DNA from: Octopus sinensis
Lineage: Eukaryota
Direction of reading: 5' to 3'
Assembly (NCBI RefSeq): GCF_006345805.1
Contig: NC_043020.1
Span: forward strand, 6,200,001-6,264,000
DNA: 64,000 bases
Both the position numbers and the translations under genes were made by a program. A model generated the notes under the pieces. That model saw only the letters and a list, made by a program, of their open reading frames with translations, was not told the DNA's origin and ran no database searches. The first letter of the stretch is position 1. Each line of letters starts with the position of its first letter. This document shows positions 36,735 to 50,686 of the stretch, in pieces.

Positions 36735-36870
36735 ATATCTTGCATATTGATATATACTGTTTTGTTCAATTTTGATGTTCCTATTTATGTAGTTAATAAA
36801 TAATATGAATTGGTAATATCTGTAAGTTGATGATTGATAGGAATCTGTTCCTCCATTTTCTTATTTGTAT
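36622..36870. repeat. Inverted repeat at the Penelope 5' end, 113-bp arms
   Basis: Arms 36622-36734 and 36758-36870, about 5 mismatches. Confidence 0.9.
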
Positions 36871-36939
36871 ATATATATATAAATTTATATATATATATAT
36901 GATGATCTGAAGTGATGTACCATTCCCTTTTCTTTCTAG

Positions 36940-37250
36940 GAAAACAAAGCATCAGAACGCAGGACCTGGCATTAGTCTTGCTTCTCCTCAGTTCAAAGAT
37001 TAGAGCGAAGTCGATTCCAACATCTGGACCAACTTCATACAAGCATGAAGGCATGCTCCTCGAAATGGAAACCTTGCCTGTCATTGTGGTTTTGTAGCAC
37101 AAATCAAAGCAGGCCTGGCCATCCACTGAAGGGAACCCATAGTGAATGATCCACAAGCACTCGTTCCATTTGTCAAAAGGTTTTCAAGGCAGCAGCAGGC
37201 CTCAAGAGACACATTCGGGTCCATAGAACATGATTAGTGCTTTATTTTAC
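36940..37250 (+). mobile_element. RTE-like LINE C-terminal zinc-finger remnant
   Basis: CHCGFVAQIKAGLAIH* and ICQKVFKAAAGLKRHIRVH*. Confidence 0.6.
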
Positions 37251-37666
37251 TAAACCCCCATTTGTCCTTCTCGACGAGAGAATCCATCATCATCAAATCT
37301 CTTTCTACTTTTTACTTATTTCAATCATTTGACTGTGGCCATGCTGGGGCATCGCCTTGAATTTTTAGTCGAATGAATCAACCCCAGTACGCTTTTCTTA
37401 AGCCTGGTACTTATTCTAACAGTCTCTTTTGCTGAACTGCTAGGTTACGGGGATGCAAACACACCAACACCGGTTGTCAAGCAGTGGTGAGGGGAACAAA
37501 AATAGAGACCAAGGCACGGAGATATTTTCCGTCTCCAAAATCCACTCAGAATGTTTTACTCAGCCCGAAGACATTTGCCCAAAGTGCTGTGTTGTAAGAC
37601 TTGTTTCAGTCATTAGACTGTGGCCATACTGGGGCACTGCCTTAGTGCCCTCTCTTCCATAGATCA

Positions 37667-37704
<38 letters not shown>

Positions 37705-38054
37705 CTATATGTATATAATTCTTTTTGAAATATTGGGCTGAAAAACCGTGTGTGTGACTTTCGTTCATGTTTGTCCCCTACCACCACTTGGTAACTGATG
37801 TTGGTTTGTTTATGTCCCTGTAATTCAAAGATTCGGCAAGAAAAAAAGGGGAGATGAAAATAAGTACAGATGGGAGTGGGGCAAACAATTCGACTATAAC
37901 CCTTAAATGCAGTGCTCCAGCATGGCTGCTGTCCAATGACCGAAACAAAGGAAAAAGATAAAAGATAATACTGATAGAAACAAACAAAAAAACTAATTCT
38001 TAAACTTTGAACTTTGAACTTAGGCAGGAAGGTCGAAAGTTCAAAACAGAAGAA

Positions 38055-38715
<661 letters not shown>

Positions 38716-38738
38716 GTTAATATGTCTGTCTGCCTCAG

Positions 38739-38769
<31 letters not shown>

Positions 38770-38843
38770 TTATATAACCGAGATTAACGGAATTTACAAT
38801 GCAAATCGATATTTTTTCAAAAAATAAATTTTTTGTTAATTTC

Positions 38844-39027
38844 GGATCTTTACCTTTTGACCTAAGATTAAAAAAAAAATAATTTTTGTAACTAAACACT
38901 TTCAAACTTCGGACACTGGTAGAATGTGTCATATAAAACACCTTTTACTCTTAGCATTTGAAAGTTTGAAAATGTTTAGTTACAAAAAAATTATTTTTGA
39001 AATCTGTAAGTCAAGAGGTAAAGATCC
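38844..39027. mobile_element. Short GGATC-ended MITE (copy at 39766-39948)
   Basis: ggatctttacc / ggtaaagatcc; perfect 8-bp TSD ttaatttc. Confidence 0.85.
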
Positions 39028-39270
39028 TTAATTTCCTCATGAAAAATAAATAAACGTTAAAAAATTGATTTATTGCCGAAATTTAATATCTGCCGGCTGG
39101 GTGTGTTTTGGTCTTAAACGGGTTGGAGATTTTGAAAGTAAAAAACCGTTGCGAAAGGAATTTGACTTTTCTCTGTGTGTGCTTATTGGAGACGGACATC
39201 CTCTCTATTTACGGTTCTAAATTCAAATTCATTTTTTCAAATGCTTATATATATATATATATATCTATAT

Positions 39271-39562
39271 GGCGATCTTTCGTCTCTAGTAGACCTTTCC
39301 GTCGATTTCCGTAAAAAACTTCTTCTTTTTTTTACATATGGGCTTGCGGTCTCCCACACCCCATCAAACACACACACACACACATGTACATCAATGCTTG
39401 CCATGCACGGTAACTTCAAAAGAACTTCCCTCGTCATACAATCGCTTTCTCTTAGTCTCTTTCGCTCTCATTACTTCAAAAGTTCCCGCAAGCCCATATG
39501 TAAAAAAAAAAAATTTTTTTACGGAAATCGACGGAAAGGTCTACTAGAGACGAAAGATCGCC
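39271..39562. mobile_element. GGCGA-ended MITE with ~80-bp TIRs (copy at 40202-40492)
   Basis: ggcgatctttcgtctctagtagacctttccgtcgatttccgtaaaaaa and its exact reverse complement; TSD approximately tatctat. Confidence 0.8.
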
Positions 39563-40164
39563 TATCTATCATAAACTTTCTGAATGTGAAACTATTCATT
39601 CTTCGAATGAGCTTCGATAACCACTATTCCAAAAGATGTGTGTGTGTATGTGTGTGTGTGTGTATGTGTGTTGTGTGTGTGTGTGTGTGTGTTATATAAC
39701 CGAGATTAACGGAATTTACAATGCAAATCGATATTTTTTCAAAAAATAAATTTTTTGTTAATTTCGGATCTTTACCTTTTGACCTAAGATTAAAAAAAAA
39801 AAATTTTTGTAACTAAACACTTTCAAACTTCGGACACTGGTAGAATGTGTCATATAAAACACCTTTTACTCTTAGCATTTGAAAGTTTGAAAATGTTTAG
39901 TTACAAAAAAATTATTTTTGAAATCTGTAAGTCAAGAGGTAAAGATCCTTAATTTCCTCATGAAAAATAAATAAACGTTAAAAAATTGATTTATTGCCGC
40001 AATTTAATATCTGCCGGCTGGGTGTGTTTTGGTCTTAAACGGGTTGGAGATTTTGAAAGTAAAAAACCGTTGCGAAAGGAATTTGACTTTTCTCTGTGTG
40101 TGCTTATTGGAGACGGACATCCTCTCTATTTACGGTTCTAAATTCAAATTCATTTTTTCAAATG

Positions 40165-40204
<40 letters not shown>

Positions 40205-40580
40205 ATCTTTCGTCTCTAGTAGACCTTTCCGTCGATTTCCGTAAAAAACTTCTTCTTTTTTTTACATATGGGCTTGCGGTCTCCCACACCCCATCAAACA
40301 CACACACACACACATGTACATCAATGCTTGCCATGCACGGTAACTTCAAAAGAACTTCCCTCGTCATACAATCGCTTTCTCTTAGTCTCTTTCGCTCTCA
40401 TTACTTCAAAAGTTCCCGCAAGCCCATATGTAAAAAAAAAAAATTTTTTTACGGAAATCGACGGAAAGGTCTACTAGAGACGAAAGATCGCCTATCTATC
40501 ATAAACTTTCTGAATGTGAAACTATTCATTCTTCGAATGAGCTTCGATAACCACTATTCCAAAAGATGTGTGTGTGTGTG

Positions 40581-40613
<33 letters not shown>

Positions 40614-41559
40614 TGTGTGTGTATATTTCGCTGATAATGCCAGGAGTTTCGCTAAGTTTTTGTGGTTATTAATTTGTCGATAATTAAGAATTTTAGCATC
40701 GTAAAGTGATTTTTAAGCCGAATGAATATCTTAACGCCACCACCAATTAGTTCGATCTCTTTACTGTTATTTTGTTGTCCTATGTTCGAATTTCACTGTC
40801 GCTCGGCTCACCTTTCTTACTTTTAATTAATGAACTTTCGCCAATAATTTCTAGGCGTTTTCGCCTTTGAAAAATCAATTGACGAAGCTAAGAAAATAAA
40901 TAAAAACGAAAATATTCGCCCAATTTTTTTTTTTTTTTTTTTTTTAATTAGTGTCCCGTCCCAGCTTCTGGGACACTAACCGACAATGGAATAGAAACAA
41001 TCAAACACATATACACACGTACAGGTCATTAAAAGATCGGCTTGAATTTGAACCGTAAAAGCGAGGATATCCATCCGCCGAAAATATTCAGATAAATTTG
41101 GAAGTATACCGACTTCCCACTCAGTTCCCCAAACTTTGAGGACCGTTTGTGGAGCCCTTAATGAATTTTTGTCCTGTGATGCAGAAATGAAAAACTAATT
41201 AAAAATTAATGTGTAGAAATTAAAAAGTCACCCGCATATACATTTTTCTCATTTAATTATTTTATTTTAATAATTACCTTATATAGCAGAAATTTATTGA
41301 CATTAAAATTTCTTAGATTTCGTTTAACGTCTATTTATTAATACGTTTCGTTTTGGGTTCGCATGGCATTAGAAGTTTCGAAACATTTAAACCTGTATAC
41401 ACGCTCTCTCTTAATATTAATCTGTTCTGGGATCTTTTCCTTTTGGTTCAAAAGGAAGAGATCCATATTCTGTTTTTATATTCCAAACTCATTTAATTTC
41501 GTTACTTCTTTTACACAAAAACTGAAACACACAAACGATTATTAGTCAGGGGTCGGAGA

Positions 41560-43251
41560 ATTCTGGTTTAAGCACCCCTCATAACTTATTTATTTGGGGG
41601 AATTTTCAGAAAACTTTTGCAAATTTGTGTTCTACACACGGGAATTTATAATATTATGCAAAAAAAAAAAAAGAAAAAAGTTGTGTGATTTACGGGTAAT
41701 TTAAGATATTGTTTTAGCGCATCTCACGACCACCTGATACCTTCCTTGTTTCTTAATTGCTCTGGCATGTGTTGATGGTTTTCAATATGTTTCTCCCCAT
41801 AAATACATTTAATGGAATGATGATACACATAAGGGTGGTCCATTGCTGGGATTTAGGCAAAATATTTGGACTGCCCATATTATAAAATCTTATTTGAAAA
41901 TAAAATCGAAAGAGAGCGAAACTTTTAGGATTTAGTAGCTTTTTTTTTTTATTTTGTAAAGATGAGTTCCTTGATAAACTTTTTATCGAAGAGACTGATG
42001 ACTTTTCTGGAATGAGGGTACACTCTTCGATAACTGAGCAAGCATTAAGGGCCGCAGGGAGCCAAAAGTGCGGCTAAATGCGATTCGGTGAGAGTATTTT
42101 TGCTTGCTCGTACACGTGTAATATCTTTCGCCAATAAAAGTTTATCTTCTGCAGACGGTTCGTCAACAAGTGTTTTTCTGGAAGATTTTCTGACCAATTA
42201 CCGTTCTTAAGACTGGGCAGAATTCTAATTAAAGCACCCCATATAATCCTTCATAGCTTTTTTCTTTGTATTTTCAGAAAACTTTTTTGCGAATCTGTGT
42301 TCTGCTCGTGTGGATTGATTATGAAAGAAAAAAAAAGATTCTTTAACCACCTCACCACCATAATCCTAAAAGTTCAATTCTTTTTCGAATTATTTTATAA
42401 TTTTAAAAATCAGTTTGAAATACGGATAGGCGCAGGAGTGGCTGTGTGGTAAGTAGCTTGTTTACCAACCACATGGTTCCGGGTTCAGAACTGCTTGACA
42501 TCTTGGGCAAGTGTCTTCTACTATAGCCTCGGGCCGACCAAAGCCTTGTGAGTGGATTTGGTGGACGGAAACTGAAAAGAAGCCCGTCGTATATATGTAT
42601 ATATATGTATATATATATATGCGTGTGTGTTTGTCCCCTAGCATTGCTTGACAACCGATGCTGGTGTGTTTATGTCCCCGTTACTTAGCGGTTCGGCAAA
42701 AGAGACCGATAGAATAAGTACTGGGCTTACAAAAGAATAAGTCCCGGAGTCGAGTTGCTCGATTGAAGGCGGTGCTCCAGCATGGCCGCAGTCAAATGAC
42801 TGAAACAAGTAGAAGAGTAAAAGAGTAAAAGATTCTTTAACCACCTCACCACCATAAATCCTAAAAGTTCAATTCTTTTTCGAATTATTATTATTTTTTA
42901 AAAAATCAGCTTGAAATATGGATAGTTCGAATTTTTGGCTTAAATCTCAATATAATGGACCACCCTTCGGTGCACCATTCCATTAAATGTATTATTTGTG
43001 GGGGAGAGGAATATTGCAAAACATCAATACATATCGGAGTGAGAAAGAAACGAGGAAGCTATCAGGTGGTCGTGAGATGTGCTAAAAATAACAGCTAAAT
43101 CGGAGTTAATATTTTTTTATATCATTAATCTTAAAAAAAATTTTTTTTTCATAATCATATGAATCATAAAAATAAAATTTGAAAAAAAAAATTCTGAAAA
43201 TGCCCCAAAATAAATAAGTTAATTATTCTATGTGGTAATTAAGCCCAGAAT
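41560..43251. mobile_element. Old long-TIR DNA element (degenerate)
   Basis: 41560-41845 is an imperfect reverse complement of 42950-43251 (e.g. catctcacgaccacctgata / tatcaggtggtcgtgagatg). Confidence 0.45.
42426..42826 (+). mobile_element. SINE family 1 flanked by a ~97-bp direct repeat
   Basis: 42333-42429 is approximately equal to 42827-42925. Confidence 0.9.
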
Positions 43252-43329
43252 CGTAAGAAGAAACGGACTTGAGTCAGTTAAGGAAATCTCTACACTGGGA
43301 AAGGAAGTCGTACAGGAGAAGGACCGCAG

Positions 43330-44105
43330 TGAATACTCTCTCTCTCTTTCACACCCTCTCTCTAACTCTTACTCTCTCTCTCTTTGTCTCCCTCCCCCTC
43401 ATTTCTTTATCAACGGAAATGAAAGAACCATTCTGTTTCTCTATCTTTCGGGTCTTTCTTCCTCTCTCTCTCTCTGTCCCTTAAAAATATAGAACTCCTA
43501 TTTCTTTTTTTTTTTTGCATCGATCACTAAACCTCGTCTGTCGAAAACCTTTACAACTCCCTCTCTGTCTCACTCTATCTCTTTCTCTTTTACCCTCACC
43601 ATCTCTGTCTTTCACTCTCACCCTCTCTGTCTTTCACTTTTACCCTCTCTCTCTTTCACTTCCACCCTCTCACTCTTTTACTTTCACCCTCTGTGTCTTT
43701 CACGTTCATCCTCTCTCTCTCCTTCACGCTTACCCTCTCTCTGTCTTTCACTTCCACCCTCTCTGTCCTTCACGCTAACCCTCTCTCTGTCTTTCACTTC
43801 CACCCTCTCTCTGTCCTTCACTCTCACCCTCTATGTGTTTCACTTTCACCCTCTCTCTGTGTTTCACTTTCACCCTCTGTCGCTTTCACTCTTACCCTCT
43901 CTCTCCCCTTTGACGCTTACCCTATCTCTCCTTCACGCTAACCCTCTCTCTGTGTTTCACGCTTACCCTCTCTCTCTTTTACTTTTACCCTCTCCCTTTC
44001 ACATTCACCGTCTCTGTCTTTCACGCTTACCCTTTCTCTCTCTCTGACTCGCACCCTCTCTCGCTTTCACACTTAGCCTCTCCCTCTCTCACTCTCTCTC
44101 TTCCT
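43330..44105. repeat. Polypyrimidine minisatellite, ~21-24-nt degenerate unit (ttcacNYTYaccctctctctgt)
   Basis: Direct reading. Confidence 0.8.
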
Positions 44106-44260
44106 TGCTTGCTGTAATTAACTTGATATGAAAGAATAGCAGAGAAAAGATGACGATGTTCGGCCCAGCACAACTGATCTATGTGTTCCTCCATTATTAT
44201 TTCATCTGCTGACACCAGAAACTGTTTTACAGACATTTATTATTATTATTACCATTATAG

Positions 44261-44371
44261 CTACAATTCCCCGCCCTGGATACTTTATTCCGAAGATTCT
44301 AAAGTGTCTTCACCACCAGCACCATTGATCTATTGTTGGATATTTTAACATGTTTCCGATGACACCTCCAG
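44261..44371 (+). other. Candidate exon (5' UTR plus start, or non-coding)
   Basis: ccattatag| acceptor and cag|gtaaga donor; all frames are stopped; ends ATG TTT CCG ATG ACA CCT CCA G. Confidence 0.3.
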
Positions 44372-44566
44372 GTAAGACTCTATTATGGCCATTGTGGGTG
44401 AACCAAGAGGCAAGAGTCGGGAGTCAGTCCCTGGTGGTGGCTGGCTGGCTGGCTTCGATATGGAGAGGACAAAACAAATAGGTTTTCATATATATATATA
44501 TCTACTACTAATCATCATACATTAGTACCAAGAGACACAGCTACAACTGTGTGTGTTGTGTGTGTA

Positions 44567-44599
<33 letters not shown>

Positions 44600-44604
<5 letters not shown>

Positions 44605-45452
44605 ATAAATATACACATCTATGTTGATTAGACGGGCACATGTAACTGCTCAAATTATCAATTATATATAAAAGAATATGTGTATTTATATGTGTGTATA
44701 ATAATATATATGTATATAGATAGATATGTTTGAATATATGTATGTATATATGTATAGGTGTGTGTGTATATATATATATGGATGTATATATGACAAATAT
44801 ACACATCTATGTTGATTAGACGGGCACATGTAACTGCTCAGTATATCAATTATATATAAAAGAATATGTATATTTATATGTGTGTATATGAATATATAAG
44901 TATACAGATAGATATGTATGTATATATATATAGGTGTGTGTGTGTATTGTGTATATATATATATATATATATATGGATGTTCAAATATACACATCTATAT
45001 TGATTAGACGGGCACATGCTCAAATTATCAATTATATACCAAAGGATATGTATATTTATGTATGTGTATGAATATATACGTATATAGATAGATATGTTTG
45101 AATATATGTATGTATATATATAGGTGTGTGTATATATATATATATATATGGATGTTCAAATATATACATCTATATTGGTTAGACGGGCACATGCTCAAAT
45201 TATCAATTATATACCAAAGAATATGTATATTTATATGTGTGTATATGAATATATACGTATATATAAAGATATGTTTGAATATATGTATGTATAAATATAT
45301 ATAGGTGTGTGTGTGTATATATGGATGTTCAAATATACACATCTATATTGATTAGACGGGCACATGCTCAAATTATCAATTATATATTTTAAAAAATGTA
45401 TATTTATATGTGTGTATATGAATATATACGTATATAGATAGATATGTTTGAA

Positions 45453-45494
<42 letters not shown>

Positions 45495-45660
45495 TGTGTG
45501 TATATATATATGGATGTTCAAATATACACATCTGTATTGATTAGACGGGCACATGTAACTGCTCAAATTATCAATTATATATCAAAGAATATGTATATTT
45601 ATATGTGTGTATATGAATATATACGTATATAGATAGATATGTTTGAATATATATATAGGT
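44600..45660. repeat. Minisatellite, 6 units of 173-189 bp
   Basis: gacgggcac at 44631, 44819, 45007, 45182, 45355 and 45544. Confidence 0.93.
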
Positions 45661-45929
45661 GTGTGTGTATATATATTTTATATGTACACATAACTGTAGA
45701 TATGTGTGTAAATATATACATATATACTGTGTGTATATTTCCACACACATGTACTGTATCTTTCAAGCAAATATATAAATATAACTGCTTATATATATAT
45801 AATGTATGTGTGAGTTTTCTGTATGTTTATATAAATGTGTGTGTGTATATATATATATGTTTCTTTATTATATATATATAAATATAATGTATGTATGTTT
45901 ATATAAATGTGTGTGTATATATATATGTG

Positions 45930-45989
<60 letters not shown>

Positions 45990-46223
45990 TGTATGTATGT
46001 ATATATATGTACATGTATGTATTTGTGTGTTGTGTATGCGATATAAACATCTTTCTGGCTGTGTTTCAAACACAAATGTAAACGTTTATATAAATGTGTA
46101 TATGTGTGTGTGTGTAAAGGACTACAGAAATCAGTCACTAGAGATCGAAATTAATTAACCAATCAATTAATAATATACAGTGGGCCAAACGTAACGCACC
46201 AAGATTAAAACTCATTTAACATG

Positions 46224-46256
<33 letters not shown>

Positions 46257-46458
46257 TATATATATATTTCTAAAATTGAATGAAATAAATAATGCTTGAT
46301 ATGCACGTATTTGTACATAACGAACAAAAGGACTTAAAATAATATTAATAATAACGTAGTAATAAAATGTCAAATGTTTTCCCAGCCTCTATATATATGT
46401 GTGATACCAGTTATATACACATATACATCGTGACCAAACATAGACCAACGTAAAACTG

Positions 46459-46501
<43 letters not shown>

Positions 46502-46618
46502 CATAGATAGATAGATAGATAGATAGACATAGATAAATAGATAGATAGATAGACATAGATAAATAGATAGATAGATAGACATAGATAAATAGATAGATAG
46601 ATAGACATAGATAGATAA

Positions 46619-46659
<41 letters not shown>

Positions 46660-47599
46660 CATAGATAAATAGGTAGATTGATGTATAGAGAGAAAATATA
46701 CAGATCTGTCTATATATAGAAAAACCGAGATCGATCAATGAATATCTATGTGTGTTTTGTATATTCAATTTTATACACATCGCTGTCGAGATCAGACACA
46801 CACCTACACCTATGCAAGAGTTTACACTCACACACTTATATTTATATAATATGAGAAGAGATAAAAAAACAATCTATTACAGATAATTTCGCTTTATATA
46901 GGAGAGATCGAGATTAAACAAGCGATCAATCAATATATATATATCGTGTGTTCAAACAAGATTATTACCACTTGCTTTGATAACACATACACAAACACAC
47001 GCACCACACGTATACATACGTACACGTATATATATATGTACGTTTAGGCATGGCCATATTTCGATTATGTGATTGATAACAACAGGCCCAAAATATCGAT
47101 AACAAAACTCAAAGCCGTTTCTATCATTCAGAGACAGAGTGATCTGTCTTTTGAAAGGATAGCATCGTCGCCGATTTCTTCCAAATGCACGAATTCTTCA
47201 TCTTTAAACCACAGTATTACATACATACATATATATATATGGTTATATATCATCGGAGTTAGGAAGGGCATCCAGCTGTAGAAACACTGTAGAAACACTG
47301 CCAGATCAGACTGGGCCTGGTGCAGCCTCCTGGCTTCCCAGACCCCAGTTGAACCGTCCAACCCATGCTAGCATGGAAAACGGACGTTAAACGATGATGA
47401 TGATGTATGTATATATATGGTTTTACACACGCATATATATATACATGTATGTATATGGTTTTATACATATATATATGTATATATATGGTTTTGCACACAC
47501 ACATATATATATATGGATGCATGTATACATATATAGTTTTATATATGAATATATATTTGGTTTTAAATATATATATTATTATATATATATATATATATA

Positions 47600-49300
47600 T
47601 AATGTTTAACCTCTGCTTTCCATGCTGGCATGGGTTGGACAGTTTGACTGAAGACTGACAAGCCATGGAGGCTACACCAGGCTCCAGTCTGGTCTGGCAG
47701 TGTTTCTACAGCTGGATGCCCTTCCTAACACCAACCTCTCCAAGAGCGTAATGGGTGCTTTTTATGTGCTAACAGTATGGGAGCCACTCATGCGGCACTG
47801 GCAATGACCATACTCAAATGGTGCTTTTTACATACCACTGGCATGGGAGCCACTCATGCGGCACTGGCAAGGACCATGTTCGTATGGTACATTTTACATG
47901 ACACTGGCACGGGTGCCAGTGAGATGGTACTGGCATCGGCCACGACAATGATTTCACTTGACTCAACAGGTCTTCTCATGCACAGTTTATTGCCCAATAA
48001 TTGAAGGGTACTCTTAAATGGGTCAGTTATGTGGCTCTGGCATAGGCCATGGTTACAGTCTCACATGATTTGCTGTGTCTTCTCAAGCACATCTCCAAAG
48101 GTCTCAGTTGCTTGTCATTGCCTCCGTGAGGCCCAACATTTAAAGGTTGTGCTTCAACACTTCAGCCCAGGTCTTCCTGGGTCTACCTCTTCCACAGGTT
48201 CCCTCCACTGTTAGGGTGTGACACTTTTTCACACAGCTCTCCTCATCCATACACAACACATGACCATACCAACACAATCATCTCTCTTGCACACCACATC
48301 TGATACTTCTTATGTCCAACTTTTCTCTCAGGGTGCTTACACTCTGTCATGTATGCACACTGACATTACACATCCAGCAGAGCATACTAGCTTCATTTCT
48401 TGCAAGCTTGCACATGTCCTCAGCAGTCACAGCCCTCTTCACTGTCATTCACACACATGCAACATACCTTTCACTCTGAGCAAGAGGACTTTGTTGCCAG
48501 CAGAGGTAGGAGCTCTCTGAACTTTGCCCAGGCTATTCTTATTCTAACAGCTACACTCTCAGAGCATCCACCCCCACTACTGACTTGGTCACCTAAGTAA
48601 CGGAAGCTATCAACTACTTCTAGATTTTCCCTCTGGCATGTGACGGAAGCTGTTTTCTGCACATTTTCAGGGTTTATTGTCCCTGTGTATTTGCCACACA
48701 CAAAAGCTATCTTCCCAGTTAATCCTCCTTTGATATTGCTGCACCTCTTCTGTATCTATAGATTACACCGAGTACATCTTATGGAGTTTCTACCTATGCA
48801 TTTTCTACAGATCGAGCAGGACCATCTACCTGAAGGGATTTGCGATTTGTCTGCCTTCCTACTTACTAAGACTTTGATTTTTGCTAGATTGGCTCTGAGG
48901 CCCTTCAATTCTAAACCTTGCTAACACACCTGAAACTTCTCTAGTTCTGATAGTGACTCAGCTATTAGAGCATAGAGGAGTTCCTAGGGGCATCCTGTCT
49001 TGAATTCCTCTGTTATTGCCTGGATGACTATGATGAATAAGAAGGGGATGAGGACTGATCCTTGGTGGACCCCTACCCAAAATTCTTCACTATACTCATT
49101 GCCAACCCTCACCTTACTGACAGCATCCCTGTACATGGCTTGTACAGCTCTCTCTAACTACTCATCTATCCCTAGTTTCCACATTGACCACCAGATAAGG
49201 GATCAGGAGACCGTGTCAAAGGTTTTCTTCATATCAACAAAAGCCAAGTACAGAGGTTTATCTTTGGTTAGGTATTTCTCCTTCAGCTGTCTTACCAGAA
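47600..49300 (-). mobile_element. RTE-clade LINE, RT to 3' tail
   Basis: GVHQGSVL..EEFKTGCP*ELLYA, VVDSFRYLGDQVSSGGGCSESVAVRIRIAWAKFRELLPLL; the 3' UTR is shared with short tail copies at 47255-47400 and 50245-50385. Confidence 0.88.
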
Positions 49301-49305
49301 ATATA

Positions 49306-49722
49306 TATTTCTTTACTACCCACAAGGGGTTAAACATAGAGGAGACAAACAAGGACAGACAAAGGGATTAAGTCGATTAGATCGACCCCAGTGCGTAACT
49401 GGTAGTTAATTTATCAACCCTGAAAGGATGAAAGGCAAAGTCGACCTCGGCGGAATTTGAACTCAGAACGTAACGACAGACGAAATACCTATTTCTTTAT
49501 TACCCACAAGGGGCTAAACACAGAGGGGACAAACAAGGACAGACATAGGTATTAAGTCGATTACATCGACCCAGTGCAAAAGTGGTACTTTATTTATTAA
49601 CCCCGAGAGGATGAAAGGCAAAGTCGACCTCGGCGGAATTTGAACTCAGAACGTAACGACAGACGAAATACCACTAAGCATTTCGCCCGGCGTGCTAACG
49701 ATTCTGCCAGCTCGCCGCCTCA
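49306..49722 (-). mobile_element. SINE family 2 dimer inserted in the RTE
   Basis: 16-bp TSD tcttaccagaaatata; junction cgaaatac|ctatttc at 49488. Confidence 0.9.
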
Positions 49723-50061
49723 TCTTACCAGAAATATAGCATAAAAAATTCCAAGTATTATTTTTAACAGTTAGATTTAATTTACATTAGGTAACGTTTT
49801 CTCATTGGACATTTCTTTAACTAACTTTCCCTCTGCTGAATATATGGACATTTAACTAGTAAATCTATATTAATCTATAGAGAGAGTGTTATCGATATCT
49901 CGATATTTATATCATACCCTAACCATTCATCTGTTAGTTGTGGTTTAATAATTGGCATGACTGCCATCACTATCACACACAGGAACAAATAAACATGAAA
50001 CTCATAGATCCAACTTCTCTGCTCTTTTTTAAAGTTCCTATTATTATTATCTTTTTTTCTC

Positions 50062-50135
50062 TGCACTGATGAGTACTATGATAATTTCAAAATTCAACTA
50101 TGAATTCATATCTGTGTATGAAACAATTGTATGCA
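50062..50135 (+). ncRNA. Hammerhead candidate, family E (canonical core, long stem II)
   Basis: tgca-CUGAUGA-gtac..39 nt..gtat-GAAA-C-aatt-GUA-tgca; palindromic stem III acaattgt. Confidence 0.5.
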
Positions 50136-50580
50136 TGAATGAACTTACAAATTTTTAACATCTTTTCTCCTCCAATTTTGACAAACTTCATTCCATGAAT
50201 TAATCACACACTTAATATTCTGATATATATATATATATATATATTGGCGTTAGGAAGGGCATCCAGCTGTAGAAACACTGCCAGATCAGACTGGAGCCCG
50301 GTGCAGCCCCTGGCTTCCCAGACCCCGGTCAAACCGTCCAACCTGTGCTAGCACGGAAAACGGACATTAAACGATGATGATGATGATATATATGGTTTTA
50401 GTGAGGCACACATACAGACATTCTCAGTTTTATATATACATACATGTATATATAATTACACATATACGTACATATATATATATATATATATACATACAAA
50501 TATATACACATAGACATACATACATATATACATACCTATATACACATATTTACATACATATATACACACACATATATATT

Positions 50581-50641
50581 ATACACACACACATATATAC
50601 ACATGGAAGAGTGTAGGCTTGAAACATTAAAGACCTTTTCA

Positions 50642-50686
<45 letters not shown>

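Larger units (their letters stand above)
38771..40620. repeat. Near-identical 922-bp tandem duplication bounded by (TG)n
   Basis: tatataaccgagattaacgg at 38771 and 39693; few differences outside the microsatellites. Confidence 0.93.

Noticed and set aside
44600-45660. Repeat-spacer pattern resembling a CRISPR array
   Set aside because: Eukaryotic context; the spacers are homologous microsatellite, not unique; no cas genes.
47069-47281. Unique segment with short open frames on both strands (RQSDLSFERIASSP / DEEFVHLEEIGDDAIL)
   Set aside because: Weak splice sites and no recognisable motif; the strand cannot be decided.
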